Below, piece after piece: positions 1 to 14,600 of a DNA stretch of 64,000 nucleotides. How positions within the stretch are numbered: position 1 is the stretch's first letter; each line of letters begins with the position of its first letter. Where the stretch lies: positions 1 through 64,000 of the forward strand of contig JALJEE010001258.1 in the NCBI GenBank assembly GCA_023231475.1. Reading direction: 5' to 3'. This DNA is from Seison nebaliae. Taxonomy: Eukaryota. The position numbers were made by a program, and so were the translations under genes. The notes beneath the pieces are model-generated. The model did not search any database, was not told where the DNA came from, and saw only the letters and a program-made list of their open reading frames with translations.

Positions 1-221
1 ATAAATGAATAGAATATACAATTTATTTTTCTCAGTTACGTAACCGATATTTATTTTATTGGCAATGAGAAAATTTGACGAGATTGTCATTCGGCGTTTC
101 AGCTAGACAAACTAACAAGATCGAAAGAGAAAGAAGAAGTAAAGAAACATTGAAATCTCCAAAATTAATTATATAATTCATTTTTATGAAATAAATAATA
201 TTCAAACATTATTCTAACATA

Positions 222-293
222 TCCCATGTGGTCTAGGGGTTAGGAATTCGCCCTCTCACGGCGACGGCCCGGGTTCGATTCCCGGCGTGGGAG
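222..293 (+). tRNA. tRNA-Glu (anticodon CTC)
   Basis: 72-nt cloverleaf: acceptor TCCCATG/CGTGGGA, D-arm TGGTCTAGGGGTTAGGA, anticodon stem TCGCC/GGCGA with loop CT-CTC-AC (255-257), T-arm CCGGG-TTCGATT-CCCGG. A T-run (Pol III terminator) follows at ~298-303. Confidence 0.95.
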
Positions 294-500
294 AAAATTT
301 TTTCAAAAGGAATATTGTTTTCACTGTATCATTTGAATGGATAGAATTAATTGGAATTTTTAAAATAAAAGAAATTTAAATTAATTTGATTTTAAATTTC
401 CTCGTATGTTCCATCTTATTACGATTAATTTCAGAGCATGATCAGACGATTGACAACGTGTACATATAATACAAAATTATAAATATCAACATCAAGTATG

Positions 501-572
501 TCCCATGTGGTCTAGGGGTTAGGATTTCGCCCTTTCACGGCGACGGCCCGGGTTCGATTCCCGGCGTGGGAG
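501..572 (+). tRNA. tRNA-Glu (anticodon TTC)
   Basis: Same cloverleaf as 222-293 with anticodon TTC (534-536), followed by AAAATTTTTT. Confidence 0.95.
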
Positions 573-739
573 AAAATTTTTTCTAATATTGAAAAAAAGC
601 GAATTGAAGAAAAATGAGAAAAAGTCAAATTGAAGAATCACATCAAGAAATTTGTGATCTTTACCGAAATAATTTGATTAATTATTGCCAAGATTCTTCC
701 ATTCTTATTACGATGTATTTCTTAAATAGATGAAAATTT

Positions 740-1030
740 AGAGACTATCTAGTCAATATATTTTCCAGCATTGGAGGAAAAAACTTTATAAAAGAAGTTT
801 TGATGGGATTAACAAATGAGAACATTCCATCAATTTCCATCAAATAACCATCAAATAATTTTCATTATCGACAATGCACTTGTCCATCCAACGACATAAG
901 ACGCAATTGGAGGGATTATTCGTTTGGCATCACATTAATTGTTTGAAGTATCATCGAATAATTTTGGCGTCAGTTAAAGAATGGTTTTCCAAAGAAATAT
1001 CTTCAAGTATGTGGCATGTTGGTGGAATAA
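740..1030 (+). mobile_element. Highly decayed IS630/Tc1-like (DDE) transposase remnant
   Basis: Manual translation across stops and frameshifts gives IIFIIDNALVHP (855-890), then IIRLASH, then IE*FWRQLK. This resembles the DNAxxH ... RLPPY..LNPIExxWxxLK signature. No TIRs found. Confidence 0.4.
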
Positions 1031-4000
1031 TGAATTAGAGTAAGAAGAAGTGTGTTTGGAGAGGCGAACACAAATGTTTATGTTGAAAGGAATGAATGAA
1101 TGAACATATCAATTGATTTTTATTACCCATAATAATTCCATTATAATTCCATAATAATTCCATAATAATTCGATCAATTATTCCAATGTTGTCTTTTTTG
1201 ACTTGGGTCAAACTAATGGACTACAAATGGTAATTTCATCCGTCTCAATTTAAAATCGATTACGTTTCAATATTGATCTCGTGAAATTTTAGGGGAGTAT
1301 TTTTAAATTCAAAATGTAATTCACGAAATGTTTGAAAATTTCATGTGGCACTCACGCAAATATTTTCCATTCCACTAACAAAATTTAAACTTAGGAATTG
1401 CGTGTAATTCTAATAGCAATTCAATTAGTGGTCAGTTGTTGACGATGTTAATCACAAAATCATTTCAAATGAAAAAATTGCGATAATTTTTTGAAAAAAA
1501 TTTTTAGTTTTCTATTTTTTTTTGGGGAAATTGATTTTAGTTTTTTCTTGATATTTTTCAAATTTTTACATTTAATTTATTTTCGTTCTCAGAATCCAAA
1601 TTGTTCCTCCATCGATAGAAATTTTTCGAGGTCGAATTAATAAGAGAAGTGGCGATGGATTTTGATATGGGGACGAGATGTGATAGATTGATTTATAATT
1701 AGAGAAGATGAATAATGTAAAATTGGATTATAGTTGGAATTTCATGGTTTATGCATCAACATAAACGATGATTAATAAAGTTGTTACAAGAATTGTTGCA
1801 TGTGCCGCTAACTGGAACTAAATGATTTGATGCTGACTCTTCAAGAGCACATTTGTTTTCAAGTTTCTTTTACCTGAACGTTTCTCTTCGCCATCAACAT
1901 CATCATCGAATGAAATGTTCATTTTTCATCAACAACTTCTCATTTTCAGACAATTGTCCGAACGGAGTTGAGAAAGTAGAATCATAAAATTTATTCATGA
2001 AATGCTTCTCTCCTCATTCAGCTAATGGACATGCTCTTGACGTCATGGCAGGAGAAGAAGGAAGAGGAGGAGAGAAGGCGGATGATGCAATGCCAATTGG
2101 TAAATTGGTTGGGAGTTCGTCCTGATTAATTGTAAATTTCGTCAACTTTGTGAGGCAGCTTAGAATGGTGAGGGAGAATGGGAAGCAGTAGGAGTGTCGA
2201 TTCTTGTGATTAGGTCGTCGGGAAGTGAAGTGAAAGAGGAAGATGTTGGTCGTGAGAGACGAAGTATTAAAGAGTTCACTTCTACGAATTCGGATGAAAT
2301 GTATCGATCAAATTGAAAATTAATTTATCTCCTATCACATCTCTTGTTACTAAAAATTTCATTTTTACGTCATTCGTCTAATATCGTCTTCTTCTTCTTC
2401 TTCTTTTTCTTCTTCTGATGTGAATGACGGAATAGAATGAAGAAATATATGAATGATAAATGTATGATAAGAGAATATATTTATTTTAGAAGAGAAAATT
2501 CTCATCATTCTTACCGAACGAATGAGATTCTCCTCGTTAAATTATTTCCTGCTCGTACGGTTAGATCTAACGCGAGAGTAATAACGAAAGAACAAAGATA
2601 ATGAGATGGCGGAAATGGAAGGAAAGAAAGTCGATTCATTTGGTGCGATTCCTTTTCATCATCTCTACACATTCCTACTCTTCACGTTCTCCCCTATTGT
2701 GCGTGCGTGTGTGTGTGTCTGTGTGTGTTGGGACAGAAGTGCTATGACTGAGCGGATTTTTGATAGGGTTCCCCCCACTTCCAGATAACTTTCCACTCCA
2801 TTGTGCATATTAGTGGAATGAATGTAACAAGAAGAAGAAGAAAAAAATGAGAGAGATGACGGAATGGGATTATAATGTCTTCTAACGACGACGAGATAAG
2901 AAGAAGAATGGTCTTACTAACTAACGAATTGACTTGTTTAGGCCGTCGAGTTAGTTAGTCGTCTTCGTCGTCGTCGTCGTCGAGAGTTATGTGAAGGGTA
3001 GAATGGAAGAGAATGGAATAAGCCTCAAAATCTGATTAAATTCAAAATTAAGAAGAACCATTTGCTGTTGTTGATCGAACGAATAAACAGAGGAACGGAA
3101 TGAATGACATGATCAAATATATCATGTTTTCATTCAATATTTCCAAACAATTCGGTTTAACAAATTGCTTATGACATAACATCCATTCATTAGAGTTCCA
3201 AGACATAGACGAAATAAATTCGTGTGTTACATGAAAGAAACTATAGCGATGGGCAGCAATAATAATAGTAGTAATAGTAGTAGTAATAGTAGTAATAGTA
3301 ATAGTGGTAGTAGTAGGGGGAAGTGGAAATTATAATTCGTTTCGAAAATGTTGAGAAAAGAGGATTGGAATAGAATTGCATTAAAAGATCGATGACTGAA
3401 AGGATTGTGTATTTACATATTTTGTTCCCAAGTATTGTTCCTCCCGCCCAGTCGTTCCTGTCAGAAGTATATGAGCAAAATATTTATTTGTTTATTTCTC
3501 CTTCTTTCTCCCTAAATTCCTTCTTTCTTCATCAAAAAAAAGAAAGAAAAAAAAACAATTCTCTTATTCTGACTCTTATTTACTTCCTGTGTCGCCATTC
3601 GTTTCCCATCCCTCCACAACCAGACCAGACGAGAATGAGAGAGAATTGATTGGAAAAGATTAAAAAGATTCTGTTTAACCGGAGCAATTAAGAGTGGACT
3701 TGAGTCGATTAGAATGAGGAACATTCACTTCACCAGTCTGGATGGAGAAGAAGAAGTTCTTGTTGTCATGTAATTTCCACATTGCCTACCGACATTTCAC
3801 GGAAACATTCGTCTTCCGCTCTCATTTATTCATAAATCCTTTATACAACAACCTTCTCTCTTACCTCTCAATAAGTCATCGTATGTATCGTGTGGATATG
3901 GGAGGGCGGGAAACGGAATCGTTAAACACGATCACTTCCAACCAACTACTGTTCATGCTTAGCCGATTTTGTCGAGCCTGCTCTTAAGGGAGAAGAGTAA

Positions 4001-6559
4001 GATACGTCGAGTTTTAAATTTAGTTTGTATGAAGTGTGTTGGAATGTATGTACGTCATATATCCAATGTTGACACATCCAAGATAATCTCTTTAACAAAG
4101 CAAAACAGAATAATATCGTATTGTGCACACATGTTAACGCAAATGGAAACAGTTCGTGTTTTCCTTTCCCTTCTATGTACGTAGCATCATCCGTCGAAGA
4201 ATCGCGAATTTGCCTTCAAATTCCTTTCTTAACTGTCTTCCGTCCTAATTGATTATCTTTCTCCTTATCCTCTTCTCCCCATATAATGAAATATGTTGTT
4301 AGTAGAAATTCAGTTACAGTCGACGAACATCGACAATGGAATAACTGTCGAAGAGAATTTATAGTTAATGAATCGGATTGACTTAATTTTCAGTCAATTA
4401 TAAGAATTTCAAATAATTTCCTGAGCCTTTCTCTTCTACCCAAATTCTTATTTGCCAATTCCTATTATTATGTCATTGACGACACATATCCATGAACAGA
4501 TGAGAGTGATCTCTAGATGAATTGGTCACTCAACGACATCGATTGGAGAGAAAGGAATTAATCATTCGTAATTTAATAGTAAACCGAAGACGAGTTATAT
4601 TTGAAATGGAGATGTAAGATTAATTCAAAGTTGTTTGGAGACTGGTGTGAGAACGATGTTGAATGTCCTTGTCCCATCATTTCCAGTTCGAATTTGGAGA
4701 GTTATGAATAAATGATCCAATTCGAGAGGAATAGAGTGTGGTACGTAAAGTAGTATTGGTGGGGGAAAGATGAGGGTAGGAGATCGAACTGAAATTGAAT
4801 GACATTCCCGACATAACTGGAGATATGTTCGAGAGAGACAGAGAGACAGAGAGAATAGGAAACAAATTGCATTGGATTTTAGGGACTTGTTATTCCTTCG
4901 AACGAATTAGTCGTTTTGTGCAAAGTTAATGTAGATATATTTGAACATGCTCCTCTCATGTACGTGGCAAAGGAGTTATCGGGCGACTATAAAATTCTTT
5001 TTTTGGAATTTTCTGATTTTCCATCATTTCTACGTGTGAGAATAATAATAATAATAATAATGATAATAATATTGTGTAGATGTTGTGTGAGAAATAATTC
5101 ATCGCTTCAATTCCGATATGTATGCGGGCTGTATGGGAGAGATGTGTGCAGTGCATACATCTGTATGCGCGCTATATATCGACGCCGATGTAAGGTGAAC
5201 ATTCTTCGCATATAATTCGAAAACAATCGAAACACATATGAGAATGAAGAAATTGGAAATAATGAGAAAGTTCAAAAAAGAAAAATTGAAAAAAAAGAAA
5301 GGATGGTGAAAAAAGTAAATGGAGTTGTCGAAGAGAAAACATGTGGTGTATGGACATGTCGATAATTGTGGGGAGGAAGAGTGTGAGGAGAAGGAAGTGC
5401 CAACTATTGACATTGGCCCCTTGTCAATTAGTTTCCAATCGATATTAATTCACATAGTGAAATTCGCCAAATATAATTTAAAGTTTCATTCAATAATTAA
5501 AAATGATGGTAAGGTCAAAATGAATCTCCTAATTATTTCAATGAGTTAATGAAATAATTCGATTGGGGAAAATGGCGAGCGGAAGTGAAATTGTAATGTT
5601 GATAATGAAATTGATTCCTAACGTTATTCAAGTTGACCCCTCCTCCCCTCCTCGACAATTCTTCCAATAATAGTCATGTAATTAGATTGGATAACCATTT
5701 TCCTTATCATTCACCTCGTCGTCTCACAAACATCCATCCATTTAGCCATCCATCGACGACTAACTGATGTGTTGAGTTATTTGTGCACATTGTTTTTGTG
5801 TATGTGCGCGCATGTGTGGAGCTGATTAGATGTTTCATCTTCGCCTTTTTCATTCATTTCCAACAGTTCATTTCTCATTGCACTTTGTCTGCTCCACTCC
5901 TCTTTCAACTACTACTACTACGATTATTTCTTGTGATAAATGTAAATTGATGATGGTCTGTGAGGGATGGTGAGAGAGTGTTTCCTATTTCACTGTGTGT
6001 CTGTGTGTGTGTGTGTGCGTGTGTGTGTGTGTGTGTGGAGGATTGGAATGAAATGAAATGATTGCATAGAACAATGTTATATTGAGTGTGAAAAGTGGTG
6101 TATCCGAACGAAATTAATTCAAATCTCTCTATTTCAACCTTAACAAATTAAATATTGGTACGATGTCAGTGTCTGTCCATAAAACCGATAGAGAGAAAGA
6201 GAGAATATATAAACATGTGTAAGTGAATGAACGAAACTTACATAATATACATAAGGACATATAACCGTCGAAAGAGAAAATTGTCCGTAAAGAGAGAAAG
6301 AGAGAGAGAGAGAGAATGGATAGAACACATGACGATTATGATGGTAGGGAGGAGGAGGAGGAGGAATGTGCTGTATGGGAATTGATGGAACGGTAGCATA
6401 TTAGAAATAATATTATATACGATATAAATTTCTTGAAGGAAACCATTAGAGAAGTATCTGTCGAGTGGGCGAAAGAGAAGAACGAAGCAAAAGGAGAAAG
6501 GACTATCAATCTTTCCTTCTCTAATTCCTCTCAAATCTGATCGTCGAGTGTGAATACAC

Positions 6560-9139
6560 ATGCTGATCAGAGAATATCGAATACCGATACCCATGTCGGT
6601 GGACGAGTATCGTATTGCACAACTCTACATGATACAGAAGAAGACACGTACAGAAACGACAGGTGAGGGAAATGGTCTGCAAATCGTGGAGAATCATGCG
6701 TACGAAGACGAGAATGGGAGTGGACAATATACACTCAAAATTTATCATGTGGAGAAGATGTTGCCCAATTGGTTGAAGCGTCTTCTGCCCAAGAACGCAC
6801 TCGAGATCTATGAGGAAGCTTGGAACTCTTATCCTTATACGAGAACGACATATAAAGTTCCATTGTCCAATCGATTCTCGATCGATATTGAAACAAAATA
6901 TTTCGACAATGATCTCGGCGATAAATTGAACGTTTTCAATTTATCTCAAGACGAATTGAGTCGTCGACAATGTCGTCTCATTGACATGGTGAATGACGAA
7001 CAAGCGCCCAACTCGGAAGAAGAAGATTGTCGACTTTTTGTCTCCGCCAAATCGAAACGAGGTCCATTGAAAGAGAATTGGCTCGAAGAACGACGATTGG
7101 CCTTGACGGAAGAACGCACCACCGAACTACCAATTATGTGCGCTTACAAATTATGTCGAGTGGACTTCCGATATTGGGGCATTCAATCCACTGTCGAACA
7201 ATTCATTGATGATATCGCTCTTTATCGAACGATGTTACGCGCTCACCGTCAAGCATGGTGTTGGCAAGACGAATTCTACAATTTTCAAATTGAAGACATT
7301 CGTCAATTGGAGGACGAAACTCAACGACTCGTTAACGAACGAATGAAAACTATTAAACCAACAACAAAAACAACAGCAACAACAACAACCACAATTTCGA
7401 GTTCTTTAACCAAATCAACAACAACAACATCATCATCAACATCATCATCAACAACAATATCAACAACATCGAATTTGAAGAATGATAAATTTTTAAATAA
7501 TACGACAAATATCGAACCATCATCATCGTCGTCGTTGATGGTTTTGGAAGATGGAGATGAATCCACCACAAATGATCGAGTGATAAGACCGAAGAATTTA
7601 TCGATCAATTCAACGAGAACGATAGAGAATGAGGATGAGAATGACGATTTTTTCGATTGTCAATCGCAATTCGGTTCGACATATTTCTCGAGTCAAAAAC
7701 CGTTTCCTGTTCGACGTATCCATCTTTTGATAACGACACGACCGACGGACAATAAAGAGTCGTTGGACGAATTGAAGCGATTGAGAGAGTGTTTGGGAGA
7801 GAGACGTAGCGTAACTTATTTCAACAAGTCAGATGAGAATATTCGAAAAAGTGAAGGAAATGGTCGTCTGATAATGACGACAAATGACGAGCGAGATGAG
7901 ACGAATGTCAATAATCGATTATCAGTGGATGATATTGACGTAGAAAAGAAGACGATGCGACGAAATGAGAGAAATCGTCAAAGTTTCCCACCCGCTGCCA
8001 CTCAACTTCATGAGAATGATGAATTGATCGCTGAATTGATGATATTCGATCTCTTCAACAAATATTACGAACATTGGATTGAGAAATATGGATTGCATTA
8101 TCTCAAGAATACGTCGTCGTCATCGATATCGGTTGAACAATTATTAATTTTAACATCGAATTCTTATTATCTTCAAATTCTCAATGAATTCATCGAACAA
8201 TTGAATGAGCGTTTAAAACGATTATTTAATCATCATTATTCTACTACATCCATCTCTCTCGTTACGAACGACACAATTTCTGCCGTTCTTCTTTTCGATG
8301 CTCTTATGCTCAATAATCATCGATCAACAATGCAAGATGAATTAATCAATTTCATTTTCAATTATGATACAAAACATTTATTAAAATCGATTAATCTTCA
8401 TAAAACTGACAATATAAATAATAACTTAAATAATTTAAATTCAAATAATTATAATGATAATTTGCGAGAGTTCAATCATCTTCCATCCGATCAATCATCA
8501 TCAAATAATCGGAAATCAATTTCGTCAATTGATGGAAAAGGTTTTCGTCCACTCTCCGCCATCTTGCCATCCGGTGAATCGATTCAATCGATCAATACTC
8601 TCTTTTATGCGTCCTGTTCCAATGTGTCATTACTCGATCAGAATTATTCGAATTCCATAAAAAATCCTCCGAACTTCCTTCGATCCTCCTCCACGTCAAC
8701 CATCACTTCCGCCACGCCCACCATCTCCCGACTCCACAACGATCGTGACGACTCCGACGACAGTTTCGATATTTCGTCACCACCAACGATGTTTTCGCTA
8801 GTGGAGCCAGTACCGTCACCGCCACCGTCGCCACCAACCGTCATTGCCAAAGAGGAGAATAGCGCCATGAATTTACCGTCGCCAATACCGTCGTTGACTT
8901 TGTCGGCCGTTTCGGCGTCCGATAAACAGGAATCTCGATCGATCGGTCGCAAAATGAAGAGAGTGACCGATACATTTCGTCAGCAATTCAATCATCATAA
9001 TCAACCATCGTCCAACAATCATCAGACATCGATGAATGTTGTCGATCGAAATAAATTAATAAAAAGTCGAACGAAAATGAATTTCTCATGTATCTCTCAT
9101 AACAATTCATCAGAAAACGAATTTTTCGATGTTACTTCC

Positions 9140-9172
<33 letters not shown>

Positions 9173-10171
9173 AATAATTTAAATAATTTTAATAATCAAA
9201 AATCAAATATTTCCAATGATAATAATTCATTAACATTATCAACAACATCAACTCTCACTAAATCAATAATCAATAACAACAACAACAACAATAATAATAA
9301 TAATAATAATAATAATTTAAATAATGAAAATCAATCGATATCATCAGTCGATACGACGGATGGTGCCGAAAGTTTCTCTCTCATGTCTTTCGAGAGGATT
9401 TATGCGGAAATGTTTCCCGATAAGAAATGTCTGGTAAAGTCGGCAGATCAATTGATTTCTCGTCTCCATATCCTCCCACAACAATCGATATTGATTAATA
9501 CGAATTTGGCGATCATTCTCCGATATCGATCGATGAGAATGAAAGACGCGAATATCAAGATGAATTTCGAGTCGTTGATTGACGAGTCGAATATTCGCTT
9601 CCTCAACATCCAATCGGCTAAGCGAATATTGGAGAATTCATTGAATGAAATATTTTTTCCATATCGGACACTCACCACCATTCCCTCCGTCGACAATTGT
9701 CTAGAAGAGGAAGAAGATGAAGTGAAACGAATGAATGTCATCGATTTCGTTTGGAACGATAATTTCTCTTGTCTCATCGATCTGATGAGAAGTTCGATGA
9801 GATTCCAAACGAGTCCATCATTCCTCCAAAACGAATCATTAATGGAAAAGAATGAAAAGAATAAAAAAGAAGATAATTTCACCAATTTATCATTGAAGAA
9901 TAATGTGGAGAGGAGAGTTCTTTTTCGTAATCTCTCCGCTAATCATCGATGTAATGACGTGATTTGTATGAAAGGTGAAACGGCAGTTATTCGAGCGAAA
10001 TTCTCTTATGGTCCATTCGATTTATTTCCATTAACAAATGAGAATGTTCATTTATTCATAGCAAGAGGTGTCTCTAATACTTGTTCTTCTACCACCTCTC
10101 TTATATCATCGAAACGATCATCTTTCCTCTCATCTAACACATTTCCAAAAGATCTCAACAACAACAACAAC

Positions 10172-10210
<39 letters not shown>

Positions 10211-11638
10211 AATAACGGTAAAATGAAAAAAATGATGGAAAATGAATCGAATATCGATTGGGAACATGTGGCGACGGCAGTCACGTCATCGAGTGGTCGT
10301 GTTATTTTATCAATTGCCACGTCAAAATTGTCGAGTGGTGTCCACTCGTTGAAATTCGTCACTTCCATTGATGATACTTCGACGGATTTTTTATTATTAG
10401 TCACTACGAAGAAATTGGACGCGATTCTCTTCAATTTCGATGGGGCATTGACTGCGAGTTTATCGTTACGTGGTCGTGATCCCAAATTGAGACCAGGAGT
10501 CATCGACGTAGTACGATGGTGGCAACAGAATGGTTATCTCATAATTTATGTTAGTGCACGTCCCGACAATCAACGACGTTACATTCTTCAATGGTTTTTC
10601 CGTCACAATTTCCCATTTGGCTTAATTTTCTTTTGTGAGAGTTTGTCACGCGAACCTCAAAAACAGAAACGTGAAATGATTCAAACACAATTGATCAATA
10701 CTCGTTGTATCAATTTCCATCTGATTTACGTTTCGGCACGTGACCATCAACTTTATTCGTCGTTCGGTTTATCATTGAAGAATATGATATTTATAGCTCG
10801 ATCGAAACAACTTTCATTGAATCGTTCTTTACAAACCGCTCATAGTTCTAACAATTCTTTAAATCTCACAAATCATCAAACAAATTCAAATTCTAATATA
10901 AATAATAAAGAAGAGAATTTGTTAAATAATAATTATTCAAATTCCTGTTATTCGAAATTGAAGAAAGATAAAGAGAAAAATAAAAATCATCATCGTACAC
11001 GTCAACAACAACAACAACAACCATCACAAGAATTATTGATGGATATTGGAGAGAGTTATTCGGAGCATTTACAACTCCTTCAATCATTCCATAAATGCAC
11101 CAATTTCAATTCATCATCATCATCATCATTATCATCATCAGCAACAACAACAACAACAATAACGTCATCGGGACAATCATCGAAAAATATTAAATTATCA
11201 TCATCGCCACCGTTCCAATTGTCTACACCATCATCAATCAACACTCCATCGACATCGTCACTTTCGACGACATTTACTGAAGCATCGCTGGTCGAATCGA
11301 AACCGTCAAAGAATGAGAATATTTCCAGATCATATATCGATCTCTCATCGTTCATTGAACGACCCGTCTTTTTTTATCAGTTGATGTCGACGGCCGTCAT
11401 CTCCACTACTTTCCACTATTTCCAGCAACAGATCGCGTCGGATTTCTCTCGAAAATTCTCCTTCATTATCATGATGTGGAATAATAATGTTCGACGAACG
11501 TCCATCAATCGTAATATCAGACACAGATTTTTGGGCACGACCGATTGCGCAAAAGAATCTCACGAATCCTCATCTCATCGAAATAAATTCTCTCGATTGT
11601 TCAGTGGCAATCATTCGCCCAACTATCCCAAAGAATGA
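6560..11638 (+). CDS. rdgB: Membrane-associated phosphatidylinositol transfer protein (RdgB alpha / PITPNM / Nir family), intronless, 1692 aa
   Basis: N-terminal PITP domain (MLIREYRIPIPMSVDEYRIAQLYMI, YTLKIYH, EEAWNSYPYTRT, MCAYKLCRVDFRYWG, RAHRQAWCWQDE); FFAT-like DDFFDC; C-terminal LNS2 region (NHRCND, FSYGPFD, FDGALTASLSLRGRDPKLRPGVIDVVRWWQQNGYLIIYVSARPD). AATAAA at ~11660. Confidence 0.93.
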
Positions 11639-14600
11639 CTCCATTTCCCAATTTTTGTAAATAAAAAACAAATTGACTCAAATCTCAATTTATTATTCGT
11701 CGAAATCAGCTTCTTCCAATCGAATCTTCAATTGGAATTTTTCCCCTTTTCTCCAACAAACTGTTTTCTCTAACATTCTTTCCTTCCACTTCGACAACAT
11801 ATCCGTTTCTAGTCAATTCATTATTATCATCATCAACTTTAGGACAAGAATCATCGTGAAATTATTAAGAATTAAAAAAAAAACTTTTTTGCTCGAACTT
11901 AAATTTAATTTTACTCAAAATGTTTGCTTATACAAAAGAACACCAATCCCCCTAAAAAATACCATGATGACACATTCCTATTTTCCTTCGATTTACTTTT
12001 TCTTCCTTTCGAGACGCGTGCCTAACACTCATTCGTTCCGCATCATGCCCAATAGTCAGAGTACCGTTGAAGAAAAACGAATCGATGTCAAAAACTTTCT
12101 GAAAAAAAAAGTCTTTTTAACACCAAATTCATCTTTTCTCGCACCTTTTCAAAGTCAAATTATTCGTATTCGGTTTAGATTATATTTCTAATTATTTATT
12201 TATCTCTCAATAAATTTTATTCAAAACTGGTTTTACTCGAAATCTTTGTTTACTCGAAAAATGGAAAAAATTAAATATTAATATTAAATTTGAAAGATTT
12301 CAATCGAAAATTTTGAGTTTTAGATCAATTTCGGAAATTTGAAATGAAAATTTTCCGTCATGACGAGGGAGAGAAAGAAGAAGTTGGATTGTAATTAAAC
12401 AAATAAGAAATTGTGTTAAAGATTCGGCAATCGATTTTGATGAAATGTTTCCAGGATAGTTCTCAAGATTTGTAAGTAAAGGAGGAATGGTGGGAGACTT
12501 CCGTTTTTTCAACATTTCTCTCCGTTTTCAATTTCATTACACAAATAACGATCGGCCCACTTGGGAATAAGTAGAATATATGCCCGTTTAGTGTGATTTG
12601 AGGTTTGTTGGACGTCCATAAAGGAACGTCGGATGTGTGTGTGTGTTGGGAGAGAAGAGAACTTGATATAAATTCGACATACACCCACGTCGATTCTGAC
12701 GGAAATACACATACTTAATATTCTTTAATTGGAATTATAGTTGTTCACTATTATTTATTATCGTCAACAACAACAAGAAGAAGAAGAAGAAGAAGAATGA
12801 GCGAGCAGCAATATCATCATGAGAATATGGTGTTTAAATTCTATATATTTATTACAAATAGATATGGTGTAAATCGCCGAATATTAAAAGGAAATAGAGT
12901 TTAATGGTAACCTATCGACAGAAGAAGAAGAAGAAGAAGAAGAAGAGAATTCTTCATTTATCGCCTATTAAATAACTTATGCTTGGGAAGGAATACTCGA
13001 TATCGTCTAGTTCAATTTTAAAAAAGTTTTGTAGTTTTCTCTTCTTTTCTTCTTCCCACACGCTCAATAGAATACGACCTCATACCAGAACAAATTCCTT
13101 CATCACCTTCTTTCGCCATTCGATACTTCGTGTTCATTTCCCAGATTTCCACTCCACCACCAACACAAGTGTAGGGAATGGGAAGTGGTTGTCATAAATC
13201 GTAAGCGAACGATGGGCAATCAATTTCTATTCAAAACGGTAGGCGTCATTATTAGTGGAGCTCTCACCGGCGTTGTTCGGAGTGGAGAGGAAGGAGGAGT
13301 AAATTGTATTTGAACGTTGAGAATGGGATGTCGAGATTTTCTGGAGGTAAAACATCGATTTGCTTGTGAGGAAAATTGGTGAGGGATTCTAGGAAATAAG
13401 TCGATGACAAAACAATAATGGTTGAATGACGATAACTACAATATCGATGAATGAATAAGTAAATTTTCGCAGTAAGTCTTAATGATTTCGTCAGTCATTG
13501 TTCAGACAATGTTACCACAATTCATCATCTTCTTCTCCATTCAATTCTTTCCTTCTCTTATATAAACGTCGACAACGACTTCATTCATGGAACATCAAAA
13601 TAATAATTTTTATTACCATTCTTAATATTACGATCATGATCAACAGTTTAACAAATTTCTTTTATTATTATTACTTCTCATTCTCATTCCATCACTACCA
13701 TCACTCCCTACTACACGTACTTTACAGTCGAACGTACCCATATACATGTAGTGACTTGAAGAACAATAATAACTGAAAGAAAAAAAAATGAAAAACAAAA
13801 TTGAATAGAAATCATTATGTCTCAAATCGATATCAGCATAATGATTATTATAATCATGGAACTTTTAGAAAACTTTTTTTTTCGAAACTAAAACTAACGA
13901 ATACTAATTTGTTAAGTTGAAAAGAAAACACAGAGGATTTTACTGATTGACTAATTTTTCATTTTGTGCCATTTACTCTCAGAGAAACATAAAAAAATGA
14001 CATCGACAAACATCGTTCGTGCGGTTTTGTGATGGACAGAATGTAGAATTTGAAAAGATTTTTCCTTTCCTCTAATTATTCGTCATTGAACAGATGTCTT
14101 TTTCCTTGTCGACGAATGGAGGGGAGAATGTTAGAAAGAAGTTGTTTCTCCCAAGAATAATTCATGGAAATTTTCATATTCCTCTTCCACCTCATTCACC
14201 TCATCATTACCATTATCATTAAATTCTTCTTCCTCTTCTTTCGTTTTCGTGGGAGGGTAAGATTCATAAATCTTTCTACTACAAAACATTTCGTTTAACG
14301 ATGAGTTACGATGTAGCTAAAGGTTCCCACAAATTGGATGAATTCAAATGCCACTCCATCCATATATCAGCTGATGGTGATAAATTAGAATGAAGTGACT
14401 TGTTTTCTAAAAACCACAATCACTCTTGCCGTACCAACTACACGTACTATGACATATTTATATACAATTCTCACTTATGAGATGATGAAGGACTCGATCC
14501 AAGGATTTAACCAAATAACTAGCTCGATAGCTCGCTAGGTAGCTCACTAGTTCGCTAGCTAGCTAGCTCGATAGGTAAGAGAATGAGCGTAGAAAAGAAC

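Noticed and set aside
7321..11563. Antisense ORFs overlapping rdgB (poly-Val/Leu/Asp)
   Set aside because: Shadow frames of trinucleotide repeats in the sense coding sequence.
14519..14575. TAGC-rich self-complementary tract (agctcgatagctcgctaggtagct..)
   Set aside because: Consistent with a degenerate tetranucleotide microsatellite. No defined RNA structure or family recognised.
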